DNA of 64,000 nucleotides from NCBI GenBank assembly GCA_003427395.1, contig BFEA01000030.1:5011728-5075727 (forward strand), given 5' to 3'. The notes beneath the pieces are model-generated. The model was given only the letters and a program-made list of their open reading frames with translations, made no database searches and was not told where the DNA came from. The position numbers and the translations under genes were made by a program. Shown here in pieces: positions 11,625 to 22,146 of the stretch. Position 1 is the stretch's first letter, and each line of letters opens with the position of its first letter. Source of the DNA: Chara braunii. Taxonomy: Eukaryota > Plantae > Charophyceae.

Positions 11625-13727
11625 TTTGACGCCCAACCTCACGCCCACACGACTTCCTGATCGGAGTAGGATGTGGGCCTGGAAGTGCGAAAAGGGGTGT
11701 GCCAATGATTTTTGGGAAAGTGGGGGAGTCTTAAGGGTATGAACGCAATTAGGCGAATAAGGGGCGCGTGCGCAAGGGACTCAAGGTCTGATGGAGCCGG
11801 GGCACTGTGGGCGACAGCTTACGAGGAAATCCCTCCGCAGTGGAGGTGGTCCCGAAAAGTTAGGCCGTCGGGGCCCGCCACGTGGCGCAGTGGAATTTCC
11901 GCGGACATAGTCGATTCTCCGTGTGACAGGGGTATCGCAGCCTTATGAGTTCGTTTATCCAAGGGGTTAAATTATCCGGGTCGTAGGATGAGTCATAGTT
12001 CCAAGATCGCGTCATGGTATCATCGTAGATGGGACGGCTCGGGTCGGGTTATCGTCACCTCGCACGGGCATGTGTAGGGCAGGCGAACTTAGTTGCGCCT
12101 CATCGTGCCCGTACGGGAGGACGGTTCCGCCGCGAATCTTTTTGGGTGGGCGAATCGACGCACGGGAATGCGTGTAAGGGCGCGACTCGGATCGCGTTTA
12201 CAGGTGTTCTCCTGCGGCGTTCGCGGGGCCAGACTTCGGATCGTCTAATTGCTTCGTAAGTTTCGATTATGCAAGATGCAACCATATCACAACCCCATCG
12301 TGAGACAAACGAAAACGAGAACAAAATCGCTAATCGGGGCCAGATTCTTATCCCATCTACAGCGGCATCAAGTGCAGGTAAGGATTCGACACAAACAAAA
12401 AGCAAGGACAGGGATTCTCTGCGAAGAGATAGACAAGCAGGCATAACCTTCACACATCCATACATTCGACAATCATACCCATAATGCAATCGCAAGGACA
12501 GGTGTGAGCAAAAACCCAAGTCCAGATTCCAGAAAGCCGCAACGAAAATAAGAACGGGCAAACCGCCCGGAGCAGCAATCAAAATGTATGTACACAGATG
12601 AAGAGAAGGAAGAGACAAAGGAAAAGCAAATCCGCGTCCATCGACCTCAACTCTCTTCTCCTCTCTCTCTCTCTCCGATGCGGACAGTCCGTCGTCGCGC
12701 ACCAACCCACGAAGTTGTCACCCCGCTTAGTCCTCCCGCACCCGTCGGATTCGCCCGTACCCACAGTCCGTCGTGGCCCACGTCAATCCCGCGCGTTCAG
12801 CACCAGCTTGTCAGGTCGCCCAACTCCTACTCTACTCACCTCTTACTTCGCTCGTGTGCCGACCCTTCCTGATCGCGCAACCCCGAGCTTCCGACAACGG
12901 GTTAAGAGACCTGACTAATCGCGCAGCCGAAATTTATAGCGTGAATGCATGCGTGAAAAACACGGAATTACCAGGACTTAGAGTGGGGATTAGAGAGGGA
13001 GCGCCTGCGTTCTGCATGATCGGCCGCGGCGTGGGGGACGTAACCCTTCTCCACGCATCGATCCGAGCATGCAAGCCGCGACTTACAAAAAATTCAGCAA
13101 AAGAAAGAGAGGGAGGGCGGGAGAGACGGAGTGCAAGAAGAAAGATACAGTTACAATGGCGCCCGCCCAAAATTACAGTTACACACACGATTAAGGGCGC
13201 CCACTAATCAGAGTACCCTTGCGGCCGCATGAAGAAGCGCGTAGACTAAAGGCGCCGCGCGGCAGGAAAAATCCTAATTACCGAATTCCTAAATTCCTAT
13301 CTAATGCGAAAAATCGAAAAGTACAAATTCAAGAAGGAAAGTCCGAAATTCCGAGAGCCGTCGGGGCTCGACAAAATTCGAAAAGATTCAAAAGAAAATT
13401 CAAAAGGAACGAAGCAATTTCCCGCGCGATGTCCGCGCCCAAAAGATCGAAACCGAANGGAAAGAAACGANGTCAACATTTANTGATCGCGCGCGCGGTG
13501 GCGCGCCAGACATCCATCCGACCAATCAATCAACCGGCCGTCCCAGGACACACCCAGCTCCGAACCCAGTCATCCGACAAGAAGCGACAAAAAAGATAAA
13601 AAAACAAGGGTACTGATGCAATTTTCCACTGATCCCGATCTCCCGTAATTGGCCCAACCTTCCCAGCTTAGGACCCCTCATTGCAACCGTGCAGCAAATC
13701 ACGCGTTACAGAAAGTGCTTCGTCACA
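11625..13727 (-). repeat. 3' LTR
   Basis: Direct repeat of 22147-24208. Begins TTTGACG (degenerate TGTGACG) and ends CGTCACA. Confidence 0.9.
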
Positions 13728-14449
13728 TATGTGACGCCCAGGGGGTTCCAATATTAGCAAGCTCCTGCTTGCTTGTTAACACGTGTCGATTTCTCTAATC
13801 GATCGACACGCGGAGCATTTCTTTTTATGCCACTTACCGTTTGATTGTGTGTGGACATCATCCAACGTGGCAACACTGCTCTCCTACTAGTTCCTCAGAT
13901 TGGGCTCTCGACGATCCAAGGACGGGATCTTTCTCGTGCCGTCGCCGCGACACACGTCCGTTACCTGTTGCCTCAGTAATTAACCGGGAGGAGGAAAGGG
14001 AGTCGGTACATGGCGGCATGGCGGGGTGGAGGGTTTATGGGTAGCGGGGGCAGGGGACTTTCCATTCCGGCTACAGTCTCCGGGAGCTCTTGGTAAAGAA
14101 CAATGCGGTGAAAGCGGGGGAAGCGATTGCCAGTGGGAGGGAGGGACGCGAGATAATCGGGATAAAGGGTGGTGAGAGTCCGGAAAAGTGCCGTGCGGAA
14201 ACGATCGCGATCTTCGCATGCGGGGATGGTCCCCGTTATCACGCAGTAGACCTCGATCATATTGTAGCCTCGCCACGCGGCACTAAGGAGCAAGACATGG
14301 AGGCAGAAGGCTGGGACGGCGCATCGAATGGAGGGGTGGGGATGCACCACTATAGCGAGGCGAGCAGCGTAGAAGTGGCGGAAGATGTCGTGGGGAAACG
14401 GATTGGCGGGGAACGTGATGGGGGTGATGAGCTGGCGGAGGGTGAGGTA

Positions 14450-15560
14450 GTCAAGGGGACGGCGAGAGAGTAATCGGGGACGAAGGCCGATCGCCCGTAT
14501 CGGTACGTCGGCGAACTAGGGGACGGGTTGGGTAGGAGGGGGATCGGCTCCGTCGCCGCGCTGATGAGGTCGGAGTCGTGGCCGCGAGGTCGCCATCTTC
14601 AGGCCGGGGTGGCTCCGGATCTCGGTTCGGGTCGTCGGGGATCTGCAGACTCGCCCCGTTTGCGAGCTCTAACTCCTTCCCGTCCGCGATCTCTTCTCTT
14701 TTGCGGGCCGCCTCGAGATCCTCTGCTTATGTACCCGTACGCAACGCTTCTTCTGTCACGGCTTCCCACTTCGATCCAGCAGGCTCTTCGTCGTGCTCCT
14801 CTTCTCCTTCCTCGTCTTCTTCTTCTTCTTCGCTCTGTTCCCACTCGCTATGCTCACTATAGCTTCCTTCTTCGGGGGTTTCGTCTTCTTCCCCGAGCTC
14901 TTCGTCGCTGTCCCCGCCTTCTTCCAACCCGTCTTCGTCTTCGTCACTTCCGGTACTCTCTTCCTCCTCCTCTTCTTCTCGAATGGCCGCAAACTGCTCC
15001 GCCGTAGGATGCCTGAAGAAGGCAGGATCACGAATCGTCCGTGGATCCAAATATTGTTGCTGCGACGGCGGGATGCGCTCTGCGGCTCCCTCTACACAAG
15101 CCGACCACTGAAGATANGGTGTCAATGTGCGAGAAAGTACATGGGGAATTGGATGCTCGTCGTCTTGCGAGATGATGTCGAGAGGGAGATCGTCCGCCAG
15201 CTGCGCCACCGGGATCGTGAGCTCTCGCGTGATGAGTTCCTGATGACCGGGCCGCACTGTACCGAATAGGAATGCGAGAAGCTCTCCCTCCACGTTGGTT
15301 TGCCAGGCCTAGATGAACAGCAACTCCAGGCGCTCTATGCAAGGCGGGTGCGCTTCGTCTTCGATCCACGTCAGCCGTACCTCAACCAAGCACAGTGAAA
15401 GCTCGATGAAGTCTTCGCGCCACAGGACCCAATGGGGAGGATGGATATTGGGGACAGCAAGGGGCTTTAGATAGTAGGAAAGGCGAGGATGGATATCGGA
15501 CTGCCAGAAGGTGGGGAAGGTGGAGGGGAGATCAAAAGCGGAGATCGGGGAGAGACACAT
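14450..15560 (-). pseudogene. Extra ORF downstream of integrase (unknown domain plus acidic tract), interrupted by in-frame stops
   Basis: ORFs 15309-15560 and 14727-15293 are in one frame separated by a single stop (..LELLFI*AWQTNVEGELLAFLFG..). They are followed by an E/D-rich tract. Confidence 0.6.
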
Positions 15561-16031
15561 TGGGGACGTGGGAAGGGAACGAGGACAGGGAGATCTGTCG
15601 TGACTCGTGCTGATACATCCGCAGGCTGTCGTATTCGATCGCTCGTGCCGTGGCGACTATATCCCCGGGACGAGCCAGAAGTTGGGTCCACTCGGCGACC
15701 AGGTCGTTTGCCTACGCGCGCAGCGATGCCTTCACCGTTGAATGCTGTAGGGGAAGGAGCATAGAGAGATCGCCCCGAAAGTTGATGACGACCGATATAC
15801 TGCTGACCCCTGGCACCGCTCGCTGATGGACTGCTACTGCTTCGGCCAGTACCACCGCTTTAGGCCGACCTTCGATTCTGAACACCGCCGCCGCTTACAC
15901 GGCCTCCATGCAGAAGAAGTGCGCAAGCCGCCGAAGATCTGGATTGAGGCAGGGATGATAGACCTGCCGGATCGTCAATCGATCACGGGGCGCGAGCGCT
16001 GCTTCAGTGAGGGCTCTCTCCTCCAGAAAAC

Positions 16032-17780
16032 TCATGGCGATGGCGAGGGTGACGGGGAGGCAGAGAGGGAGCAAGAGGAAGAGGGAGATGGTGGAGAGTC
16101 AGAGTCGTCGTCTTCGGCTTCCTCAGAAAGGGAGATCGAGGGAGAAGGAGACGGAGCAGAGGGGAGGAGGCGAAGATAGGATACGTGGCGTGTGATTGGA
16201 CGTGCCGATCGACTGCTAGAGACTTCAGGGGCGAGACGCACGGTGTCCACGCCGCTGGAACCGAGCTCGATCACGCGATATCGCCCGAAGAATCGTGGCG
16301 CTAGCTTGCCCTGGCGAGCACATTTCCTCACCTGCACCATGTCCCCCAATTTGTACTGGGGCCGCGGACTCGCATTCCCATTTCGGGCCTCGTAGCTCCG
16401 GACCTGCCGGCCTTGGGCTAGTTCGGTCATTTTCTGTCGTTTTCGGGCTAGCCTGCGCAGTGACCGTTCCATTAGCTCTAGGTGTCGTTTGGCCTTGTCC
16501 CTAGCCGTGGCCCTGGTGGGCCGTCGGTTCAATGTAGACTCGTCTGGGAGGCTTGGTATTGAAACGCAAGCGACGCTATTGGTCCTTAATTGGAAGGGGC
16601 TTAGCCCCGTCGATTCGTGAAGCGTTCCGCGATGGACCGCCAGGATGTGATCGACGATATCGGGCCAGGGTCTCGGATCCCGTGCCGCGATGTTTCTTCG
16701 CAATGCTGTCTTTATCACCCGGTTAGCTTTTTCGACCAGCCCATTGGATTGTGACATGTGGGGTGCAGTGTTCCGTATGGCGACGCAATGTATGACCAGG
16801 TTTTTTAACACTTCTCCCCTGAATTCAGCCCCGTTGTCGGTCAGGATCTCTTCTGTATCCTGATGCATCCCGAGGAAACGGTTGACATATTGCGCGATTT
16901 CCGTGGCTTGCCGCGTGCGACAAGGATACGCTTCGATCCATTTCGAGAAATGGTCGGCAAATACCAACAGGACTGAACATTCGCAACTATTAGGGCCAGG
17001 AGGCACCACTATGTCGGTAGTGTCCATGCTTACTCTTTGAAATGCCCGTTCAACAGCCGTGGGCACTATCGATCTTGGTGGTTGAATCGGCGCTTTATCA
17101 ACGACGCAGACTTGACAGTTGGCGACGATGTATTTCACATCGTCGCGGATATTGGACCAGTACCACTCGTTTTTGTCGACAACGGACTCCGTGATTCGTA
17201 CAGCAAAATCCCACTGCCGTCCGTGGGTTGTCTTAACCCAGTCATACCGCATGAACGGATGAGGTACCACCATCCAAATCCCACTGCCGTCCGTTTTCCG
17301 TTTTTCTAATCTACCTTCGATCCACCGATAATCCCGAGCCCTTTCGTTGGCCCTCCTCCAATCTTCCTTGGTGAAATCCTGGAGGGGGTTACCTACTAGG
17401 TTGGCAATTAAGGCAATATCAGTCCATACTTCGGCCCTTCTAAACTTCCGGGTCTTTTCCAACCCTTCTGACGTGGCATCCAAAAAGCGAGCCTCGGTCG
17501 GAATCTTGTCGGTCCGGCACAATGGGCACAACCACGGTTTACTATCGTTCCTGTATTGGATGCACGAGCCATGGGCTCGTGCGACACACTGTCGGCAATC
17601 TATCCAATCCGCATACCCCTCCCCGTTAGGACGCATGGAGACTGAATATGCGCGGGAGATAGCTTCGCAAAAATAGCAAAATTTATCAGGCAGGGAGAGG
17701 AGAGACGAAGAGGAAGGGGGAGAGAGTGGGGTAGTGGGGTTACCTCCATCACCCATCGCCACCGTTTTACTTCTTGCCAC
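16032..17780 (-). CDS. Integrase (HHCC remnant plus DDE core) with N-terminal PHD finger
   Basis: Integrase motifs CQVC, SMDTT, FSKWIEAYP, TDNGAEF, SNGLVEKANRVIK and a GPY/F-like KLAPRFFGRYRV. Upstream is a C4HC3 motif: C35xxC38..C62xxC65x4H70xxC73..W83xC85xxC88. Confidence 0.9.
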   Translation of the reverse strand: MARSKTVAMGDGGNPTTPLSPPSSSSLLSLPDKFCYFCEAISRAYSVSMRPNGEGYADWIDCRQCVARAHGSCIQYRNDSKPWLCPLCRTDKIPTEARFLDATSEGLEKTRKFRRAEVWTDIALIANLVGNPLQDFTKEDWRRANERARDYRWIEGRLEKRKTDGSGIWMVVPHPFMRYDWVKTTHGRQWDFAVRITESVVDKNEWYWSNIRDDVKYIVANCQVCVVDKAPIQPPRSIVPTAVERAFQRVSMDTTDIVVPPGPNSCECSVLLVFADHFSKWIEAYPCRTRQATEIAQYVNRFLGMHQDTEEILTDNGAEFRGEVLKNLVIHCVAIRNTAPHMSQSNGLVEKANRVIKTALRRNIAARDPRPWPDIVDHILAVHRGTLHESTGLSPFQLRTNSVACVSIPSLPDESTLNRRPTRATARDKAKRHLELMERSLRRLARKRQKMTELAQGRQVRSYEARNGNASPRPQYKLGDMVQVRKCARQGKLAPRFFGRYRVIELGSSGVDTVRLAPEVSSSRSARPITRHVSYLRLLPSAPSPSPSISLSEEAEDDDSDSPPSPSSSCSLSASPSPSPSP

Positions 17781-19053
17781 GTGGAAGAACTGCCACTTGT
17801 CCGTATTTCGACTCGTTGGTCAAGTCTGGCTCTTTCCACGGTGTGATTTCCTCGCCCTTTGGTACCTTGGCAGGTCGATGCAGACGTGTCAGCTCGTCCG
17901 CGTTGCCGTGTCGCTCTGTCTTTCGATGAACGATATCGAAGTCGTATTCTTGCAGTCTCACCGCCCAACGGCCAATCATGCCCGTGTAGTTGGTGAGTTT
18001 CTTCAGCGCCGGCAAGGGTTCGTGATTTGTCACGAGGTGAAACTTCTGTCCGTAGAGATACGGATGGAAGTGTTGGATTCCCCATACTACTGCGTAGCAT
18101 TCGCCTTGAGGTGCGGAGTCGTTTCTTCGTTCGCCCAGTACGGTGCATGACGCGTATTCGATGACGTGTTCACCCCCATCGTTCCCCTTCTGCGCTAGAA
18201 TAGCGGAAATAGCCTTTAGTTGCCAGTCCATGATGAGAATGAACTGCTTCGAGGGGTTCGGCCGAATCAAAATAGGGGCCGTCGCCAGAGCGTCTTTGAG
18301 GGTTGCAAAGGCCTGCTGGCACTCCGCGTCCCAGCTGAGAGGCTGGTCCTTCCGTAACAGACTTGTTAGTGGTCGTGCGATCGCGACAAAACCCTTGATG
18401 AAGCGCCGATAGTACGACGCCAGCCCCAGGAAGGCTCGAACCTGCGTCAGTGACGTGGGAACCGGGGCTTCCTTCACCGCCCCAACTTTTCTCGAGTCCG
18501 GCCGCAATCCTCCACGTGTCACAACGTAACCCAAGAACGAAATTTCCGAGAGGAAAAATTTGCTCTTCTCAAGCGCAATCTTGAACCCAGCGTCTCTCAA
18601 CGCGCCCAATATCCATTCGATGTGTTGCGCGTGCCCGTGATAGGTTTTCGAGTACACCAGGATATCGTCCATGTACACGATTACGCAGAAGTTAATCATC
18701 CCTTGCGTCAGCCGTGTCTTGTTGACAAAATTCTGGAACATCATGTTCATCGCTCGCTGAAACGTGGCAGGCGCATTGCAAATCCCCATCGGGCACCGAA
18801 CCCACTGCCACGTGCCCTCAAACAACACAAAGGCCATTTTCGACCGATCTTCTTCCCTTACCAGAATATGATGGAAGCCGTGTCGAATATCAAACTTGCT
18901 GAAATAATTAGCACATCCGATTGCGTTCAACAGATCATCAATCCGGGGGAGGGGATACACATCTTTGATCGTGATTTCATTCAACTTGCGATAATCAATG
19001 CAAATGCAATTCGCCCCGTTTTTCTTTGGTACTACGCTACGGGAAAGGACCAA
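17767..19053 (-). CDS. Reverse transcriptase-RNase H (Ty3/Gypsy), N-terminus frameshifted
   Basis: CIDYRKLN, YPLPRIDDLL, MGICNAPATFQR, YMDDILVYS, FLGLASYYRRFI, RWAVRLQEYDF. Confidence 0.95.
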   Translation of the reverse strand: MVLSRSVVPKKNGANCICIDYRKLNEITIKDVYPLPRIDDLLNAIGCANYFSKFDIRHGFHHILVREEDRSKMAFVLFEGTWQWVRCPMGICNAPATFQRAMNMMFQNFVNKTRLTQGMINFCVIVYMDDILVYSKTYHGHAQHIEWILGALRDAGFKIALEKSKFFLSEISFLGYVVTRGGLRPDSRKVGAVKEAPVPTSLTQVRAFLGLASYYRRFIKGFVAIARPLTSLLRKDQPLSWDAECQQAFATLKDALATAPILIRPNPSKQFILIMDWQLKAISAILAQKGNDGGEHVIEYASCTVLGERRNDSAPQGECYAVVWGIQHFHPYLYGQKFHLVTNHEPLPALKKLTNYTGMIGRWAVRLQEYDFDIVHRKTERHGNADELTRLHRPAKVPKGEEITPWKEPDLTNESKYGQVAVLPRGKK

Positions 19054-19181
19054 GGTCCGGTAGCAGGTTCAATCCAGCCGCTGGCTTCGAACTCCCCAAT
19101 TCGTTCAAGAGCCTTTTTGCGTTCAATAAAGGATACCGATAAGGTTTGCAATGAATCAGGGAGTGATTTTCTGTCTGAATT

Positions 19182-20561
19182 TCATGTTGGTACTAACAAC
19201 AACCCAATGTTAGTGTCTGACACACTAATCGCTCCTTGATATTCCGTTAGAATATCCGCAATTACCCGGTGGATTTCATCCGGCACGTACTGTGGAACAT
19301 GCAGTTCGAAAAGTTGGTCCCAGATCCGAACATCAATCTGCTTCGTGCTCGCCTGTTTTGCCAAGTCGGGTGGAGGCGCCGAGATGAACGAATGGTCCGA
19401 TCGCCAGGAGAACACCGTGGCCATCATCTGGGCATCTTCTTCTCGGATTGCCACGTGTCCTTCCGGAGTAATCCCGTCACAAACATCCTGCCATGGCACT
19501 TCCTTAGTTGCGATCTTTATCCCCAGTCCGTCTGTTTCGGCTTCAAAATGCCCAGGGGGTTCCAGAGAGCTTGCTTCCGCCCCCAAGCGTAACAATCTCA
19601 CTTCTTTGGCCGATGTTAGTAAGGACTTAGGTAGATCCGTAATGTCACAGTAATGCTTCTTGTCGCTGTACCGGGCGAGGAGATGGGCGATTCCTTCGTA
19701 CAGGGTTTGAGGGGGTTCCAAAGAGTCGACCATCCTCGAAATCTGCACGAGGGGCTCACCCAAGATCATCGCCTTGGTCCTTTGAATTTTTCGGCTGGTC
19801 AGTTGCATTGTTCTCGCTATCGTTCTAGGCGGCGGGTAGTAAACGCGTTGTCGTACCAATTCCAAGATCTCCGGATCATCTTCGTCACTTCTTTCCGCAT
19901 CATTTGTTGACGATAATCCCTCTGCGGATTCATCCCAGGAGATCGTGCGGAGAGTCCCTGCCATCATCGGCGAAACCCGCGGAACCGCGTTTATAGTAGT
20001 GCGAAGGGTCAATCGCATGGACACAGCGTAGGGTTTTCCTCCTGTATTTCGGAGGACGATCGATCGTCGTTCGAAGTCCAGGTTTGCTCGTAACGCCACA
20101 AGAGCGGGAAGTCCGAAAAGAACGTCGTACGTGTTTACATCTAGTACTACGACATCCCCAAGCGCGTGCACTTTACCCAATCGGAAAGCGACATTGGTCA
20201 TTCTTCCCACTGTTTTAATCCTTTCTTCATCAGCCGAAACGAGCTGATCTTTCTCAGAAAGCATGATCAGGTCGTTCTTCCTTCCTGCCCTTTCGACCAC
20301 TCTCAGTGAAATAGCCAACACAACTGCTCCTGAATCTATAATCGCGTTGTAAGGAATTCCCCAGATTTCTATATCACACTCTGCGGATTTCCATGGAATT
20401 GGTTTAATCCGTAAGAAGTGATCATCTTTCTGGATTAAACCGACCCGTATCGGATGCGAAGTACCTACTGGATTTTCTTCGGGTGCGGGGCTTTTGGCCT
20501 TTACATTCGGTGCTCGGGCGAGGGCGAATCGCTTTTGGTTTGCTTTGCAGTGCTGTAGCAT
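19182..20561 (-). CDS. Aspartic protease region of pol
   Basis: AIIDSGAVV active-site motif and the DVLFGLPAL flap-distal motif. Confidence 0.85.
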   Translation of the reverse strand: MLQHCKANQKRFALARAPNVKAKSPAPEENPVGTSHPIRVGLIQKDDHFLRIKPIPWKSAECDIEIWGIPYNAIIDSGAVVLAISLRVVERAGRKNDLIMLSEKDQLVSADEERIKTVGRMTNVAFRLGKVHALGDVVVLDVNTYDVLFGLPALVALRANLDFERRSIVLRNTGGKPYAVSMRLTLRTTINAVPRVSPMMAGTLRTISWDESAEGLSSTNDAERSDEDDPEILELVRQRVYYPPPRTIARTMQLTSRKIQRTKAMILGEPLVQISRMVDSLEPPQTLYEGIAHLLARYSDKKHYCDITDLPKSLLTSAKEVRLLRLGAEASSLEPPGHFEAETDGLGIKIATKEVPWQDVCDGITPEGHVAIREEDAQMMATVFSWRSDHSFISAPPPDLAKQASTKQIDVRIWDQLFELHVPQYVPDEIHRVIADILTEYQGAISVSDTNIGLLLVPT

Positions 20562-20573
20562 TCGCTCATTGGC

Positions 20574-21991
20574 TTACTCAGAGATCGAGAGTAGATGACC
20601 GATCGGAAGTGGAATCCAATGATCCAAGGATCGGATGATGTTTAATACATCGATCTCTCCTGTGACGAAGGTGGGTCCCCCCGACTCCATTTCTCCTAAG
20701 GACGGTCGCCATTCCGTCACTTCTTTCGGTTCGGGTGCGGGTCTGATTGTTCCGATCATTCCAAGCCCAGGATATCTCAGCGATACGTACTGATCTAGTG
20801 GAATTAACTCGGCGGCCTCTTCCGAGGTGGCCAGGGCACTTCCCCCACCCTCTACTTCTTCCATCAGGGCTCCGACTCGTCTAGGTCCGTTAGCGATGGG
20901 AGCCGCTGCCATAGGCGCGATCCCAATTCGCTGTTGCGGGGGTCGGTGGGGGCAATCACGGGCTAGATGTCGGGGCTGATGGCAGGCATAACAAACATTC
21001 AGATTGTTCGCAGCTCCTCCGAGAGCAGGGGCGGGGGCTAATCCTTGCTGCATCGGAGGGGCACGCACCGCAATGGGCCTCATATTCCTCATCATGGCCT
21101 CCAGCCGAGCATTGTGGTCTCGCTGTTCTTTTTTGCTTTCCTGGATTAAACTAATCAATGTTTTGGTTAGTTCGAAAATGGCCGCCGATTCGTTCAATCG
21201 TACGGGAGCCTCAACCGGCGGCGGGGGTAATGCCCTGACGGGGGGGGTATCATAGGAGCAGAGATGTTTGGAGTCTCGCTTAGGATTACTCGTTTGGGGC
21301 CTATCTGCTCCATATAGGTGACAGGTCCTGATACAAACCCCATGTTTTCAAATTTGTTCTGCAAGGCGGCCAGCTCCGCTTTCGCTCGGGCAAGCTCGGT
21401 CGAATCTCCGTCTCTAGGGTAGTCTTCTCCTTCTAGGAAGTTTGCCGCGAACTTCCGTTCCATTTCTTTCGCAGCAGCCATAATTTGTTGTAGCGTATGA
21501 GTGATGGGGGAAAATTGGTTTCGCAACTTAGCCCTGATTGTTCGGCTGCGGAGTCCGTCAATAAACAGGTCTCTCCCTACTTGCTCACCTCGCTCAGTTT
21601 TTACGAACATTCAGTAGAACCGGTTTCGATATTCCACTACGGATTCGAGCGGTTTTTGCACCCGGTCCTTGATCATGTACAACGCTTGCTCAGGGTGGAC
21701 ATAATCAAATCGGTTCATGAAATCTCGTTCGAAGGTCGGGAGATCCACCCATACATAGGTACTATACCAATGATGAACGTCTCCTCCCATTCGAGCCGGA
21801 ATGTTGATCTGCGCCTTGTGATCGTCGTACTGCTGTGCTCTAAGCGTGGCCAGCCATGCTCCTGCGAGATGGTGTGCCGGATCAAATAGATAGAGATTTG
21901 GTGGCGACATGGGAGCTCGTGCACGTGGGGCAGGTTGATTAGGAGGATTAGCATTTTGTTGCGGAACCGGATTTTGCACATTGGCAGCCAT
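20574..21991 (-). pseudogene. gag (capsid region plus CCHC zinc knuckle), split by a stop and a frameshift
   Basis: Three consecutive ORFs follow the PBS. They contain Q..ESV.EY..RF and CYACHQPRHLARDC. Confidence 0.85.
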
Positions 21992-22131
21992 ATTGGCTGC
22001 TCGTCGGTTAGCCGATCTACTTCTGGTGACGATAGGTTCGCGTCTGTGCGCATTCCGAGGGCGAGGTCGCCCTCGGTTAGCCAGGTCGCCTAATTAACGT
22101 GCTATCAATCCTAAGATCCTAGCCACGTGTC

Positions 22132-22145
22132 GGGCTCCGATACCA
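22132..22145 (-). promoter_or_regulatory. Primer-binding site (initiator Met tRNA type)
   Basis: Minus strand TGGTATCGGAGCCC, immediately inside the 5' LTR. It has one mismatch to the canonical TGGTATCAGAGC. Confidence 0.85.
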
Positions 22146-22146
22146 A

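Noticed and set aside
12965-13588. Gene conversion between LTRs (about 620 bp identical while the rest differs)
   Set aside because: Both copies share the same N positions, indicating a collapsed assembly consensus. LTR-based dating would also be unreliable.
12100-13599. ORFs of 100-200 aa inside both LTRs
   Set aside because: They have no domain motifs, overlap on both strands, and are duplicated only because the LTRs are.
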